This document shows positions 54,005-64,000 of a stretch of 64,000 nucleotides of DNA, in pieces. The stretch spans positions 158,564 through 222,563 of the IMG/VR virus record IMGVR_UViG_3300045999_008996; one strand, written 5' to 3'. The notes below the pieces were generated by a model that made no database searches, was not told the origin of the DNA, and saw only the letters and a list, made by a program, of their open reading frames with translations. Every line of letters begins with the position of its first letter. Position 1 is the first letter of the stretch. The position numbers were made by a program, and so were the translations under genes.

Positions 54005-56187
54005 GCTACCAAAGAAATAAATTCTCCTAATACTTTTTTATTTAGTTTTTTGGTTTTAAGAGACTTTACAAATGCGGACTTGATTTGAGACTTGGTTGCA
54101 CAATCAGCAACTTCAAACTCTGTATCCTGAGAAAGTGCAGTTGCAGACATTCCAAAGTATGCATCATAACCAGACTTGGTGATAGTAAAACTCTTTACTT
54201 TCTTCCAATCACTTTGAATTTTTTCGTACTCTTTGTCTAGTTGAGAGTGATACATCTGAACAAATCGACTAAAGTTGCGACTTTCAAGAACACGAATACC
54301 AATAAAGTTCATAGAAGAAAACTTATCCTTCAAGTTCCTAAGAAGAACATCGGTAAACTCGTGATATCCATATCCAATTTGATAGGTAGTTCCAAGTTTA
54401 CGGTCACGAAGAAATGTGCTCATAGGATTAATGTATCCAGTCCCAATAAATGGTTTCTTTTCCCACTGACGTTTGACTTCTTTATGGTGAACAAGTTGAT
54501 TTGCTTCACCATCGGTAAGTACAATACATTGAACTTTTTGCAGTTTGTTTTCCTTCTGAAACTTAGGAAGAATTTGATGAAGAGTGATTAATGCTTCATT
54601 CAAAGGAGTTCCTGAAAGAGCAAGACGATTTGAATACGTGTAAGGAGAACTGTAAGTCCTACCAAAACAATAAGCAAGACGCCAAATGTTAAGCATTTGA
54701 TGTTCAAGAATACTACCTGAAACTTTACTAGTAAGAATATTCATCATAGCAAAAGTTTCATCAACAACTAAAAGTCCTTCTTTCTTTTGATAGTGTGGAG
54801 TGCGGTCAGCAGCAAGATAACGATCATTCTCATAGTCATATTCACCACGCCTCCATTCATTAGTGAACGCATAAACCTCAAAGGGAATGGATACTTTTTT
54901 ACAAAACCAAACAATATTGAAGAGTTGCTTGCAAGTGTCGAGCATCACATCACACATAGAACCACTCCAGTCAAGAACAAATACCAGACCATGATTCTTA
55001 CCATCAGGAATCACAGAGACTTTTTTAAACAAGTCCTCATTATACTTGTAGGTATGAAGACGAGTAGTATCAAGAACTCCTGTACGAGCAGTAGAAGCAC
55101 GAGCATATTGATCTGCTGCCTTGCGGCATTCAAACTCTTTTACAAGATAGTTAACTTCTTTTTGGGCAGAAGTCTTAAACTTCTTGAAATCAATATCAGA
55201 CTCTTTGTAAAGATTTACAGGAATATAATTTTGCATCTCAGCGTGTTCATTATGAATTTTTTGTTGATGTGCAAAGGAATCATCAATATCTTTGTGAACA
55301 TCGGAGTTCTTGCCAATAATAGTGTCAAGATTTACTTGAGGGACTTCAACATAAACATTATCATATCCATCGTTCCCAACAAGATTGCGAATTTTATCTT
55401 CCAAAGATTCTGCAGTGCGAACTTCGGGTTCTTCTTTTTCTTCAGAAGATTTTACAGGAGTTTCATCACCTTGAGCAGTTCCACCATAGGACTCTTCAGA
55501 CTGTTTTTCGGAGGAGTTATCACTTTCACCTTCTTGCTCAGAAGAGGAGTCATTACTCTCCACATAATCGCTTGCAGGAGACTGTGAATTTCCTTGAGTC
55601 TCGTGAGAGTCAAAGTCAGCAACTTTCTGTTGTTGCTCCTTTTCTTTCTTGCAATATTTGTAAAGTTCTTCAGCAGCAATTAGTGCATCTGCAAAACTTT
55701 CACATGCACCAATTAAATTGATAATTTCTTGTTCTTCAGGTTTAAAATCTAGAGTAATGAAATTACCAATCTTGAAGTAAAGGTTTGCACGGTCAGCAAG
55801 GTTGAATTTAGAAATATCCTCATCTTCAAGTTGAAAAAAGTCTTCTTCATTCAGTTCTTTATAACCATTGAAGAAAGTCTTAGCAAGTCCAGCATACTTA
55901 CGCTTCATCAGTTTCTCAATGCGAGCATCCTCAACAACATTCACAAACTGTTGAGGAACCTTTGCAGTCTCGGTCCAATCTTCATCAGGAGTGAAGAGTG
56001 CATGTCCTACTTCATGACCCACCAAAAGGTCATACACAAGTCCACTCGCTTTTTCCCACAAGGGTAGAGTCAGGACACGAGTATGGACGTTAAAACAAGC
56101 AGTAGAGACCTTCTTGTGCTCCACCACAAGATCTTCAGTGGCAAGAAGTTTGGCAAGTTGAGATTTGATTTCGTGAGAGACTGCCAT
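54001..56187 (-). CDS. Metallopeptidase-vWA (CobT-like) partner of CobS
   Basis: HEVGH, NVVEDARIE, LDWSGSM MIDAS, LTDGE. Confidence 0.85.
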   Translation of the reverse strand: MAVSHEIKSQLAKLLATEDLVVEHKKVSTACFNVHTRVLTLPLWEKASGLVYDLLVGHEVGHALFTPDEDWTETAKVPQQFVNVVEDARIEKLMKRKYAGLAKTFFNGYKELNEEDFFQLEDEDISKFNLADRANLYFKIGNFITLDFKPEEQEIINLIGACESFADALIAAEELYKYCKKEKEQQQKVADFDSHETQGNSQSPASDYVESNDSSSEQEGESDNSSEKQSEESYGGTAQGDETPVKSSEEKEEPEVRTAESLEDKIRNLVGNDGYDNVYVEVPQVNLDTIIGKNSDVHKDIDDSFAHQQKIHNEHAEMQNYIPVNLYKESDIDFKKFKTSAQKEVNYLVKEFECRKAADQYARASTARTGVLDTTRLHTYKYNEDLFKKVSVIPDGKNHGLVFVLDWSGSMCDVMLDTCKQLFNIVWFCKKVSIPFEVYAFTNEWRRGEYDYENDRYLAADRTPHYQKKEGLLVVDETFAMMNILTSKVSGSILEHQMLNIWRLAYCFGRTYSSPYTYSNRLALSGTPLNEALITLHQILPKFQKENKLQKVQCIVLTDGEANQLVHHKEVKRQWEKKPFIGTGYINPMSTFLRDRKLGTTYQIGYGYHEFTDVLLRNLKDKFSSMNFIGIRVLESRNFSRFVQMYHSQLDKEYEKIQSDWKKVKSFTITKSGYDAYFGMSATALSQDTEFEVADCATKSQIKSAFVKSLKTKKLNKKVLGEFISLVA

Positions 56188-56356
56188 TGGATTTGTTTCG
56201 TATGGAACCACTATAAAACGAAAGGTCGCCTTTTGGGCGACCCATGTGACGCTTTTTGAACTGGGCGAGTCGTGCTTTTGCTTGCCTCAGTGCTTGCGGT
56301 TTAAGTTTTCGTTTCTGTTCTTTCTTGGAATGGTGCTTCCAGTTTGGTACTTGCAT
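56135..56356 (-). CDS. Small basic hypothetical protein
   Basis: PNWKHHSKKEQKRKLKPQALR. Confidence 0.55.
   Translation of the reverse strand: MQVPNWKHHSKKEQKRKLKPQALRQAKARLAQFKKRHMGRPKGDLSFYSGSIRNKSNGSLSRNQISTCQTSCH
56210..56264 (-). promoter_or_regulatory. Phage promoter motif, copy 3
   Basis: CCAGTT-N4-AAGCGTCACA-N29-TATAGT. Confidence 0.5.
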
Positions 56357-56370
56357 TGTTCTTGAGTGAT

Positions 56371-58083
56371 TCAGACCACCATATACGAAAAACCTTTGAC
56401 TTTCTCAAACTTTATGACACTTTCAAATTTGTCCTCCATACCAGTCTTATGGGATATAACAAAAATATTTGCATCTTTGATTACATAACGAATGATTTTA
56501 AGAAACTCTTCGGTCCCAGTAGAATCCAAAGAACTATCAAAAATTTCATCAAGAATCATTAAGTTAGTATTCACTGAGTTTTTCATTCTTGCAACTTCTC
56601 TCCAAGTAAAAAGAAGTGCTAGGTCAATTCTCTGTTTTTCTCCCTCACTGAAAGAGGCATAAGAGAAATCTTCGTGAATAGGTGACTGGACGGTTTCATT
56701 AAATTCCTCATCAAGAGTAAAGTTAATATAGAAGTCCATCATTTGCAGATAACGATTAACCTGCTGATTGATGAGCGGCAAATACTTCTTAATGATTTTG
56801 GATTTTACTCCACCGTCTTTGAGCAAACTATACGAAAAATCGTAGTAGTTGATTGTGTCTTTTTTAGAAGCGAGTTCGTCGTATGTAGTTTTTAAGTTGT
56901 CTCTGAAGGATTCTAACTTCTCATGTTCAGAATTTCGGTTTGCAAGGTTCTCGGTAAGAACTTGAATTTCATGTTCAAGATTTCGGATTTGTCTTTGTAA
57001 TCCGTTAATCTTAATATTGTTTTGAGAAATGCCATTCGTTAATTTTGAAATCTCCTTCGACAGAGTATTGAATTGACGCTCTCGCTCCTCTTCCTCTTTA
57101 ATTGCCTCCTCTAGTTCTTTATAACCAGATTGCAACTCTTTTGCTTTATTTTGAGCGTCGTTAATTTTATTTATTCTAAACTCTTCACCAATAGATTGTG
57201 TACAAGTCGGGCAAACCGTATTCTCAGTGAAAAACTTATGTTCTTTAGTAATAGTGGATACTTTTTGAGAAATCTTACCTTTTAAGTTTCCAAGTTTACG
57301 AAGTTTCTCCGCATATCCAACCAACTTATCTTGCTCTCGGATATACTCATAAAGAGGTTCTTCTAAAGAAGTATTATCTTCCATCAAATGGTCAACTTCC
57401 TCAGTCAAAGACATAATAGAAACATTCTTATCATCAATATTTTTTTTTCCCCTATTTTCAAGTTCTTCAATGAACTCTTCTTGCATCTTAACTTTATCAA
57501 GAAGCGATTCTTTCTTCAACTCATAAACTTTAATTTCTTCTTTTGTTTGACGAATCTTCTCTTTGATTACCATATTCATTGAAGAAAAAATCTTAATATC
57601 AAGAAGATCTTCAATCACTTCTCTGCGGTGAGCAGCAGAAAGTTGCATAAAAGGAACAAAAGTACTAGAACCCAAAATTACAATTTGAGTGAACGACTTG
57701 TAGTTCATCTTAAGAACATTTTGCTCTAACCACTTCTGCTGATCCAAAGCAGCAGAAGATTGATCTAGAGCAGTATCATTTCTCCAGATCTCAAAGAGTG
57801 TTGGTTTAATTCCTCTTATAACTTTCCATTCAGTATTTCCAATTGAAAATTCCACTTCAACTTTACAATCCTTTTCATTTACAGAATTGACTAATTGTGG
57901 TTTATTAATCTTACGAAATGGTTTTCCAAACAAAGCAAATGTAAGTGCATCCAGAACGGTGCTTTTTCCTGCTCCATTTGTACCTACAATAAGATTAGTT
58001 TTATTTTTTGTGAAATCAACTTCAGTGTACTGTGTTCCTGTACTTAGAAAGTTTTTCCAACGAATAGTCTTAAATAAAATCAT
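56371..58083 (-). CDS. gp46: Rad50/SbcC-like recombination ATPase (gp46)
   Basis: GTNGAGKS, CPTC hook, FSEGEK, LDE. Confidence 0.95.
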   Translation of the reverse strand: MILFKTIRWKNFLSTGTQYTEVDFTKNKTNLIVGTNGAGKSTVLDALTFALFGKPFRKINKPQLVNSVNEKDCKVEVEFSIGNTEWKVIRGIKPTLFEIWRNDTALDQSSAALDQQKWLEQNVLKMNYKSFTQIVILGSSTFVPFMQLSAAHRREVIEDLLDIKIFSSMNMVIKEKIRQTKEEIKVYELKKESLLDKVKMQEEFIEELENRGKKNIDDKNVSIMSLTEEVDHLMEDNTSLEEPLYEYIREQDKLVGYAEKLRKLGNLKGKISQKVSTITKEHKFFTENTVCPTCTQSIGEEFRINKINDAQNKAKELQSGYKELEEAIKEEEERERQFNTLSKEISKLTNGISQNNIKINGLQRQIRNLEHEIQVLTENLANRNSEHEKLESFRDNLKTTYDELASKKDTINYYDFSYSLLKDGGVKSKIIKKYLPLINQQVNRYLQMMDFYINFTLDEEFNETVQSPIHEDFSYASFSEGEKQRIDLALLFTWREVARMKNSVNTNLMILDEIFDSSLDSTGTEEFLKIIRYVIKDANIFVISHKTGMEDKFESVIKFEKVKGFSYMVV

Positions 58084-58342
58084 GTTCAGTGTTTGGAGGA
58101 ATTACAATATCATCAGGAGTAATAACAGTATATTGATATCCATGCATTTCGCAAGTTTTTATCATTACTTCATCTTCGATTTCAATCACATGCATCTCAG
58201 GATATCCATCATCTTCTAACATCATAGCATACCGAACAGCATCATCCTCTTCTTGAAAGAGATATAAAATGTGCTCTCCTTCATCATCAATTACTGAATA
58301 TGCTCCTTCAGTTTCTCTACCATTGATTGTTAGAATGAACAT
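58070..58342 (-). CDS. Acidic hypothetical protein
   Basis: LFQEEDDAVRYAMML. Confidence 0.7.
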   Translation of the reverse strand: MFILTINGRETEGAYSVIDDEGEHILYLFQEEDDAVRYAMMLEDDGYPEMHVIEIEDEVMIKTCEMHGYQYTVITPDDIVIPPNTEHDFI

Positions 58343-59383
58343 TTAAACTAATTCACATGCTTCTTGATAAATTTCTTGCATCATTTTTTGAATGGTAGAT
58401 TTATCAAGATTGATTTCTGCCTCCTCAATATATCTATTCAAGATAGATATAGTATCTTCGCTTTCAAATGCTTCAAACTCTTCAGGTTCTTGAATATCAA
58501 AGTTCTCAATGATTTTAAGTTCTGCAATACTAGAAGCATAAAGTTTATCAATAAATTTTTCAAACTTTTTGGTATCTGATTTCTTGCGAACAACAACCTT
58601 TACAATCTTATTCTCATATTCGCGAGTATCAAATGTTTGATAGTTGGTATCCTCATAGTAAATATTATAAAACATTTTATAAGGATTATTGACTGGAGTA
58701 TGTTCTAATGTTTCCGTATCAAAGATAGTAAAACCGCGAGTATCATTTACATCGGTCCAGTAAATCTCATAAGGATTTCCTAAGTAGAAGACTGTTCCAT
58801 TAGTCGATCGAGTGTGATAGTGTCCCGAGAAGACACGTTCGAACTTCTCAAATAACTTGCTTTCCAAACCATGCTCCATGACGATTTGGCGATTAACTCT
58901 AAATCCTTGGAGTTCAAGGTGCCCCATCGCACATGGGCAAGTTGTCTTTTTAATAAGTTTGAGAGTGCTTTCCTCATTTTCTTGATTAATCCATGGAATA
59001 AAAAGAGTTGGTAGTTGCCCCAACATCACTTCAGTCGGTTCTGAATATACAGTCACATTATCATACTCACGCAGAAGCAAATCAACTGCATTTACATTAT
59101 TAGTGTTCTTGTAATACGCAGTATGATTTCCTACGATTGTATGGACCTCGACTCCCATTTCCTGAAGACGATCATAATAATTATTTTTAGCCCAAGATAA
59201 AGCAGAGAAATCAATTCCTTTACGACTATCAAAAGTATCTCCCATGTCTATAACGGTAGTAATCCCATGCTCTTCGAGTGTTGGGAAAAATACGTCATTA
59301 TAAAATTTTAGGAAATAGTCATGAAAGAGTTTGGAATTCTTTCTTGCCCCAAAGTGTTGGTCAGTAATAATTGCTACTTTCAT
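58343..59383 (-). CDS. gp47: Mre11/SbcD-like nuclease (gp47)
   Basis: DQHFG, GDTFD, GNH, GHYH. Confidence 0.95.
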   Translation of the reverse strand: MKVAIITDQHFGARKNSKLFHDYFLKFYNDVFFPTLEEHGITTVIDMGDTFDSRKGIDFSALSWAKNNYYDRLQEMGVEVHTIVGNHTAYYKNTNNVNAVDLLLREYDNVTVYSEPTEVMLGQLPTLFIPWINQENEESTLKLIKKTTCPCAMGHLELQGFRVNRQIVMEHGLESKLFEKFERVFSGHYHTRSTNGTVFYLGNPYEIYWTDVNDTRGFTIFDTETLEHTPVNNPYKMFYNIYYEDTNYQTFDTREYENKIVKVVVRKKSDTKKFEKFIDKLYASSIAELKIIENFDIQEPEEFEAFESEDTISILNRYIEEAEINLDKSTIQKMMQEIYQEACELV

Positions 59384-59881
59384 TCAATACCGCAGTTTGC
59401 TGTGAACTCCGTCCTTGATAGAATTATAGTCGGAATAGTTCCCGCCGTCAACTGAATTATCGTCTGCAAACACTTCAGAATATCCAGAACGCTCAAGAAT
59501 TTTATTTTTAATTTCCAATTGACGCTTTTCTCTTTGAATACGACGAAGGAAAGCATAGTGAATGATTTGAGTGAAATAAGCAAAAGGATTTTGAGACTTC
59601 TCGGGATTGAAGTTGTGAATATACTGAACACAATTTTCAATACCGTCAGAAATCATATCTTCCTTAAACATGTAGTTCACGAAGTTTGGTTTAAAGGAGA
59701 GATGGTTTGCAATCTTCAGAAAACACTCTCCAATGTAGCGAGGAATAGGAGGTTTTGGTTTTCCTTGAATCTGTGCAATTTCTTTATCTTCACGATACTT
59801 AATAAGTGCAGCAAGAAACTCCTTGTTATTAACGTAATGCTCTGACCTCTTTCTTTTGGTCATAACTGCTGTGGTAATCAT
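59384..59881 (-). CDS. gp55: Late transcription sigma factor (gp55)
   Basis: HYVNNKEF, MISDGIE, NPFAYFTQ. Confidence 0.95.
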   Translation of the reverse strand: MITTAVMTKRKRSEHYVNNKEFLAALIKYREDKEIAQIQGKPKPPIPRYIGECFLKIANHLSFKPNFVNYMFKEDMISDGIENCVQYIHNFNPEKSQNPFAYFTQIIHYAFLRRIQREKRQLEIKNKILERSGYSEVFADDNSVDGGNYSDYNSIKDGVHSKLRY

Positions 59882-59986
59882 AAGTTTTTATCATTATTAT
59901 GTATAGATTATACCACTTATGCAAATGCTTGACAAGGTGTTCAAAAGTTGATACAATTACCTTTGTGGAGGTTGATAAGATTAACT

Positions 59987-60382
59987 TTAGCTATTTTTAT
60001 AAAGCTTCTCTAAGAGCTCTTTAGCATCATTGACATTAGCAATATATCCCATTCTACGATTCAACTTCGGTTCATTATTCTTTTCTCTACTTGATTGTCT
60101 GACATAAGACTGGTACATCATAATCATTTCAACATCAGAAGATTCGGAAAGAGTTATAACATCTTCAAGGTTAATAATAAACATATCTTCTGTAGTTGTT
60201 TTTAACCAGGGTTCTAATTTATATCCAATAATTCCTGTTCTGCTCTTAATTTCATTTACAGTAATTGGATTAGAGATAATTAAAATAGTCCTATCCTCTT
60301 CTTCAGAAGCTGCTACCTTAGCAAAGATCTCTTCACCTGTTTTTAATTTAAGAGTGCAGTAAAAATCTTCTTCAATTCCCAT
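59987..60382 (-). CDS. Conserved hypothetical protein
   Basis: LKLKTGEEIFA; lies between uvsW and gp55. Confidence 0.7.
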   Translation of the reverse strand: MGIEEDFYCTLKLKTGEEIFAKVAASEEEDRTILIISNPITVNEIKSRTGIIGYKLEPWLKTTTEDMFIINLEDVITLSESSDVEMIMMYQSYVRQSSREKNNEPKLNRRMGYIANVNDAKELLEKLYKNS

Positions 60383-61844
60383 TTTTCTTTAGTTGTATAG
60401 TGATTATTTCATAGTTGAAGTTTTCTTCATTATAAATTTTGATCCTTTCTATTAAGTGATTTAGGGTATAATTTTTTCTTGAATTATAAGTACAATCATC
60501 AGCGATGTCATAAAGAACTGCTTTTACTTTATTTTTTCCTTTTCTGAGTACTCTTCCGATTGATTGAAGATTTCTAATTCTTGATTTGCTAGGAGAAGCA
60601 AAAATAACATTATGGAGATTTTTAATATTAACTCCAGTAGAAAAAGTTCCATAGGAAGCAACAATTATTGCGTTGTTTTCCCTTTCAGTAATTTCTCTAA
60701 CTAACTCCCTTTCTTCAGTATCAACTCCACCATGAATAAAAAATACTTTTCTATCACCTCGCTTAGTATTATTTATCTTTTCATAAAGTATTGCTCCATG
60801 CGCTTCTACTCTTGAAAATAAAACAAGAGTATTCCCTTTTAAATCTAGAGAAAGATTTGTAATAAATTTATTTCTTTGTTCTTGGGAAATTAAATATTGA
60901 ATTTCATCTTCGTAAGTTTCAAACTTTTGTGGTTGATGTTTAAGTACAAGACAGCGAATATCTAACTGTGAAATATGTCCTTGTTCCATCAACTCATAAG
61001 TTCTAGTAACCTTATATGAAGGACCAAACAATCCTTCAAGAACCCACTTATGAGTTTGAGTTCCATCTAAAGTTCCAGTAAATCCAAAACGATACTTTGC
61101 ATGATGAAGTTTGGTCATAATATCAATAAGAGACTTGCTTTTAAACAAGTGTGCTTCATCTCCTATAACTACTTGGTAATCTTCAAAAAATGAACGTTCT
61201 AGTTTATAAACAGATTGCCAAGTTGTAATCGTAACTGAATGTTCATTTGTTTTTTCTCTACCTGAATAAATTCTGTGACAATATGACTCAGCATCCCAAC
61301 CGTAATCCTGGAAATCCTTGTGCATCTGCTCTACGAGAGATGTCGTTGGAACAACTAGAAGAATTTTTTGACCTCTATCCACATAATACCGCACGAGTGC
61401 GTAAATCATCAGACTTTTTCCTGACGCAGTGGGACTTATCAGCATCTTTCGATTATGCCGTAAAGCATCATATACTCCCTCTATTTGATACTGACGTGGA
61501 GAATGAGAACAAATAGATGACATATAATCCTTCACACCTTCGAAGGATATTGCCTCATTTACTTCAAAAGGTAGTCCATAAAATTTATTTTCTTTAAACT
61601 CATAAGTATAATTATGAAGTTTTAGTTTGTCGATAACTTTATCCAACAAACCCGCATAAATTTCGCCAGTATGTGAACTTAACAGACGAATTTTTCCGTC
61701 CCAATGTCTGCTTCTATACTGGGACATAAATTTTGCAGATTCAACCTCAAATGTAAAGTATGGTTGAAGTTCGTATAAAATATGAGGTTCACAATGTAGT
61801 TTTATGTAAACCTCATTCTTCTTTTCAATAACTACGTCACTCAT
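60372..61844 (-). CDS. uvsW: SF2 helicase UvsW
   Basis: PTASGKS, DEAH, QSIGRVLR. Confidence 0.95.
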   Translation of the reverse strand: MSDVVIEKKNEVYIKLHCEPHILYELQPYFTFEVESAKFMSQYRSRHWDGKIRLLSSHTGEIYAGLLDKVIDKLKLHNYTYEFKENKFYGLPFEVNEAISFEGVKDYMSSICSHSPRQYQIEGVYDALRHNRKMLISPTASGKSLMIYALVRYYVDRGQKILLVVPTTSLVEQMHKDFQDYGWDAESYCHRIYSGREKTNEHSVTITTWQSVYKLERSFFEDYQVVIGDEAHLFKSKSLIDIMTKLHHAKYRFGFTGTLDGTQTHKWVLEGLFGPSYKVTRTYELMEQGHISQLDIRCLVLKHQPQKFETYEDEIQYLISQEQRNKFITNLSLDLKGNTLVLFSRVEAHGAILYEKINNTKRGDRKVFFIHGGVDTEERELVREITERENNAIIVASYGTFSTGVNIKNLHNVIFASPSKSRIRNLQSIGRVLRKGKNKVKAVLYDIADDCTYNSRKNYTLNHLIERIKIYNEENFNYEIITIQLKKNGN

Positions 61845-61871
61845 AGCATCATAATTGCTATGAATATTTAT

Positions 61872-62309
61872 TTACCCTAGACCAGACTGAAAACGTAAAA
61901 AGTCTATTGAATTTTTAATTTGGTAAGTTCTATTTGAAATCATTTTAAGAATACTATCAATATAACTCAACATAGTTTCGTAGTATTCTATTTTTAAACT
62001 AACTTGAGACAGATTTTCATCCGAATCTAAGTATCCTTGAAGAGTTTCTTTATCGCGAATCTTTTTTGGAAAAGGATTTTCTAAGTAAACTTCTGGGTCT
62101 GCTTTTCCTGTAAAGTATTCATATCTTTCATGCCTTATTTTTTTCTTCTGTTGTTCTGCTCTCTTTTTTAATAAGTTGATGGTATTATAAAGATCAAAAT
62201 ACTTTGAATGTAGAATTGGAATATTTAAAGATTCTGTGTGTAAATTATCGATGTCTATCTTCGAATCTTGCTCCCACATTTTTTGGATTGTATCCAAATC
62301 AATACTCAT
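61872..62309 (-). CDS. uvsY: Recombination mediator UvsY
   Basis: IP.LHSKY, YFTGKA, QIKN. Confidence 0.88.
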   Translation of the reverse strand: MSIDLDTIQKMWEQDSKIDIDNLHTESLNIPILHSKYFDLYNTINLLKKRAEQQKKKIRHERYEYFTGKADPEVYLENPFPKKIRDKETLQGYLDSDENLSQVSLKIEYYETMLSYIDSILKMISNRTYQIKNSIDFLRFQSGLG

Positions 62310-62854
62310 AGTTTATTTCCTTGCAAATCATAAATGTTGTATATAGTATACTTGAAACTAACGTCTGCCGTAAAGTACTGAATATCTGTATCTGTAGCAT
62401 CAAACGTCATTGTTGATAATGAATATGGAAATAAATCTTGGAATCTTATTTGAAAGTTTGGTATTTGACTACTCGTTAAAACTTGCAATGTTCCATCTGA
62501 GTAAATGTTCTGACTATCTTTTGCATAGTTACCCTGAACTGTTCCAGATTCTTCGAGTTCTGCAAACTGACTTATTTGTTCAGGAAATCCTAATCCACGA
62601 ATCCAGTTTTGTATCTCCATATAGTTTTCAAGATTTTCATCAACTAAAAATCTTAAAGTCAAATCTCCAAATTCAATCATATCACCTGGAGTTGGTAGCA
62701 TTTTGGTGTATGAAGGTTGAACAGTAACTCCAAGATTTAAATCTGGAATATTTGCTTGATTGCAGAAAAAAGCAACTTTAGGAGTTCTTGTTAGAGTAAA
62801 CTTAAATCCTGTTGGAGATAAAAAGTTTCTATTATCTATCTGCCCTCTGGTCAT
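62306..62854 (-). CDS. gp3: Tail completion / sheath stabilizer (gp3)
   Basis: NFLSPTGFKF, FLVDENLENY..I.NW. Confidence 0.88.
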   Translation of the reverse strand: MTRGQIDNRNFLSPTGFKFTLTRTPKVAFFCNQANIPDLNLGVTVQPSYTKMLPTPGDMIEFGDLTLRFLVDENLENYMEIQNWIRGLGFPEQISQFAELEESGTVQGNYAKDSQNIYSDGTLQVLTSSQIPNFQIRFQDLFPYSLSTMTFDATDTDIQYFTADVSFKYTIYNIYDLQGNKL

Positions 62855-62868
62855 GGTTTTTTAAGTAT

Positions 62869-63345
62869 TTAGATAACTCTTTCCCATCTGCTGCCAGGAC
62901 CATTATATTTTAAAGATCTACTTATACTACTCACTAAAACTCCAGTATCTATCTTAGCTTCTTTCATTGATTTATAAATTTTACCAGTTTTTCTATCTTT
63001 AACGGATATTATTCTTGATTGTCTTGTTGCTTCTTTAACGTGCTCTGGGCATCTCTTTCCAAGTGTTCCACCATCTCCACCTAAAGTGGCATTATATTGT
63101 GGTTTTAATTTATCTATCCAATAAATTTCTCTTTCTCCATTATTACTTTCATCAGTTTCTTCTATGATTTGCCATATAAAGTTATCTCTTCCATATTTAC
63201 GTAAAGCATTTGGAAATGGTGCATTAGTATTTTTATTAGTAGCATACCACCAATGTTTATACTCTCTATTTTCAATTGGACCTTTACATCTACCAATATA
63301 AAATTTATTATTAATTTTATTAGTTGATTTGTAAATATAAAACAT
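62869..63345 (-). mobile_element. Free-standing GIY-YIG (Seg-like) homing endonuclease
   Basis: YIYKSTNKINNKFYIG, YN.TLGGDG; TATAAATA 63369-63376. Confidence 0.85.
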
Positions 63346-63376
63346 ATCACTGAGGTTTTTAACTATATTATTTATA

Positions 63377-63404
63377 AAAAAAGAGGACCTTTTTTAGGTC
63401 CTCC
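63377..63404 (-). terminator. Terminator after gp23
   Basis: GAGGACCT-AAAAA-AGGTCCTC-TTTTTT. Confidence 0.8.
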
Positions 63405-63423
63405 GATGAATCTGTTGCAAAAA

Positions 63424-64000
63424 TTACATCAGATTTTTTACAGCAACTCTTCTGTAGTAACGGTTAGAGTTGGTCTTGAGTGCTCCGAGACCCTGAGTAG
63501 TTCCCTCTGCAAATGGGTTTGCAACGAGACCATAACGGGTCTTAAATCCGATCTTGGGCTGGAAGCTGTTCTCACCAACGGCACGAACCATTTGGAGAGG
63601 AACATAAGGACAATAGAAGAGTCCAGCGTCATAAGGTGAAGAACCCTTATAACCAACAACGTAGTACTGATTACCACCTGTTGGAGCAGCATTACCTGAA
63701 GTCAGGTTAGCAGCATATGGGTCAATATAAACGCGGAATTTGCCCATCAGAGTACCAGCAAAGGTGTTGCCGGTGTCGTCTACGGTGAGGTTAGCGTTGA
63801 GTGCTGGGGTGTAATCCAGAACGCCAGCCATGGTTAGAGCGGAAGCAACGTCTGCAGAGCAGAGGATGATGTTGCCCTTTCCACGACGAGTTCTCTGAGC
63901 GATTGCGTTAGCATCACGCTCAATCTGGAACAGAAGACCCTTGAACTTCTCAACTGACCAACGACCGTTGGAGTCAACATCAAGGTCGAATACACCAGCG
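63424..64000 (-). CDS. gp23: Major capsid protein gp23, 3' part
   Basis: DAGLFYCPYVPLQMVRA, FQPKIGFKTRYG; frame continues to the window edge. Confidence 0.97.
   Translation of the reverse strand, partial: AGVFDLDVDSNGRWSVEKFKGLLFQIERDANAIAQRTRRGKGNIILCSADVASALTMAGVLDYTPALNANLTVDDTGNTFAGTLMGKFRVYIDPYAANLTSGNAAPTGGNQYYVVGYKGSSPYDAGLFYCPYVPLQMVRAVGENSFQPKIGFKTRYGLVANPFAEGTTQGLGALKTNSNRYYRRVAVKNLM

Noticed and set aside
52735-55587. Plus-strand ORFs of 368 and 266 aa opposite cobS and the vWA gene
   Set aside because: Same antisense artefact
1-64000. CRISPR array or IS element
   Set aside because: No regularly spaced identical repeats or transposase motifs seen

Overview
A 64-kb segment of a T4-like cyanomyophage genome, probably infecting freshwater picocyanobacteria (the host is inferred from hli, petF, ndhP, pstS, a Som-type porin and gnd). 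Almost all genes are on the minus strand. Read right to left in the direction of transcription: the 3' end of gp23; gp3, uvsY, uvsW, gp55, gp47/46, a vWA-peptidase and cobS; gp45/44/62, regA, hsp20, gp43, uvsX, gp41 and mazG; late or internal virion genes; gp61 and nrdAB; rlpA; tRNA clusters (21 tRNA genes in the window, plus tRNA-like oddities) with dps, gnd and ndhP; a multi-pseudoknot (wcaG-like) RNA array interrupted by a GIY-YIG endonuclease; an AT-rich sugar-nucleotide/glycosyltransferase island; porin plus pstS; an hli-petF-peroxiredoxin operon; and a lysis region. Most notable: (1) an A-AAA-AAG slippery site that would fuse a C39-like peptidase to a GH24 lysozyme by -1 frameshifting; (2) a pseudoknot/UGGYG array with an endonuclease cassette inserted in a still base-paired loop; (3) armless mini-tRNA-like hairpins and an atypical UAU tRNA; (4) a late-promoter-driven fold-back RNA; (5) a lysis-region gene split by an in-frame amber codon. 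All family calls come from motif recognition by eye; no searches or folding programs were run.
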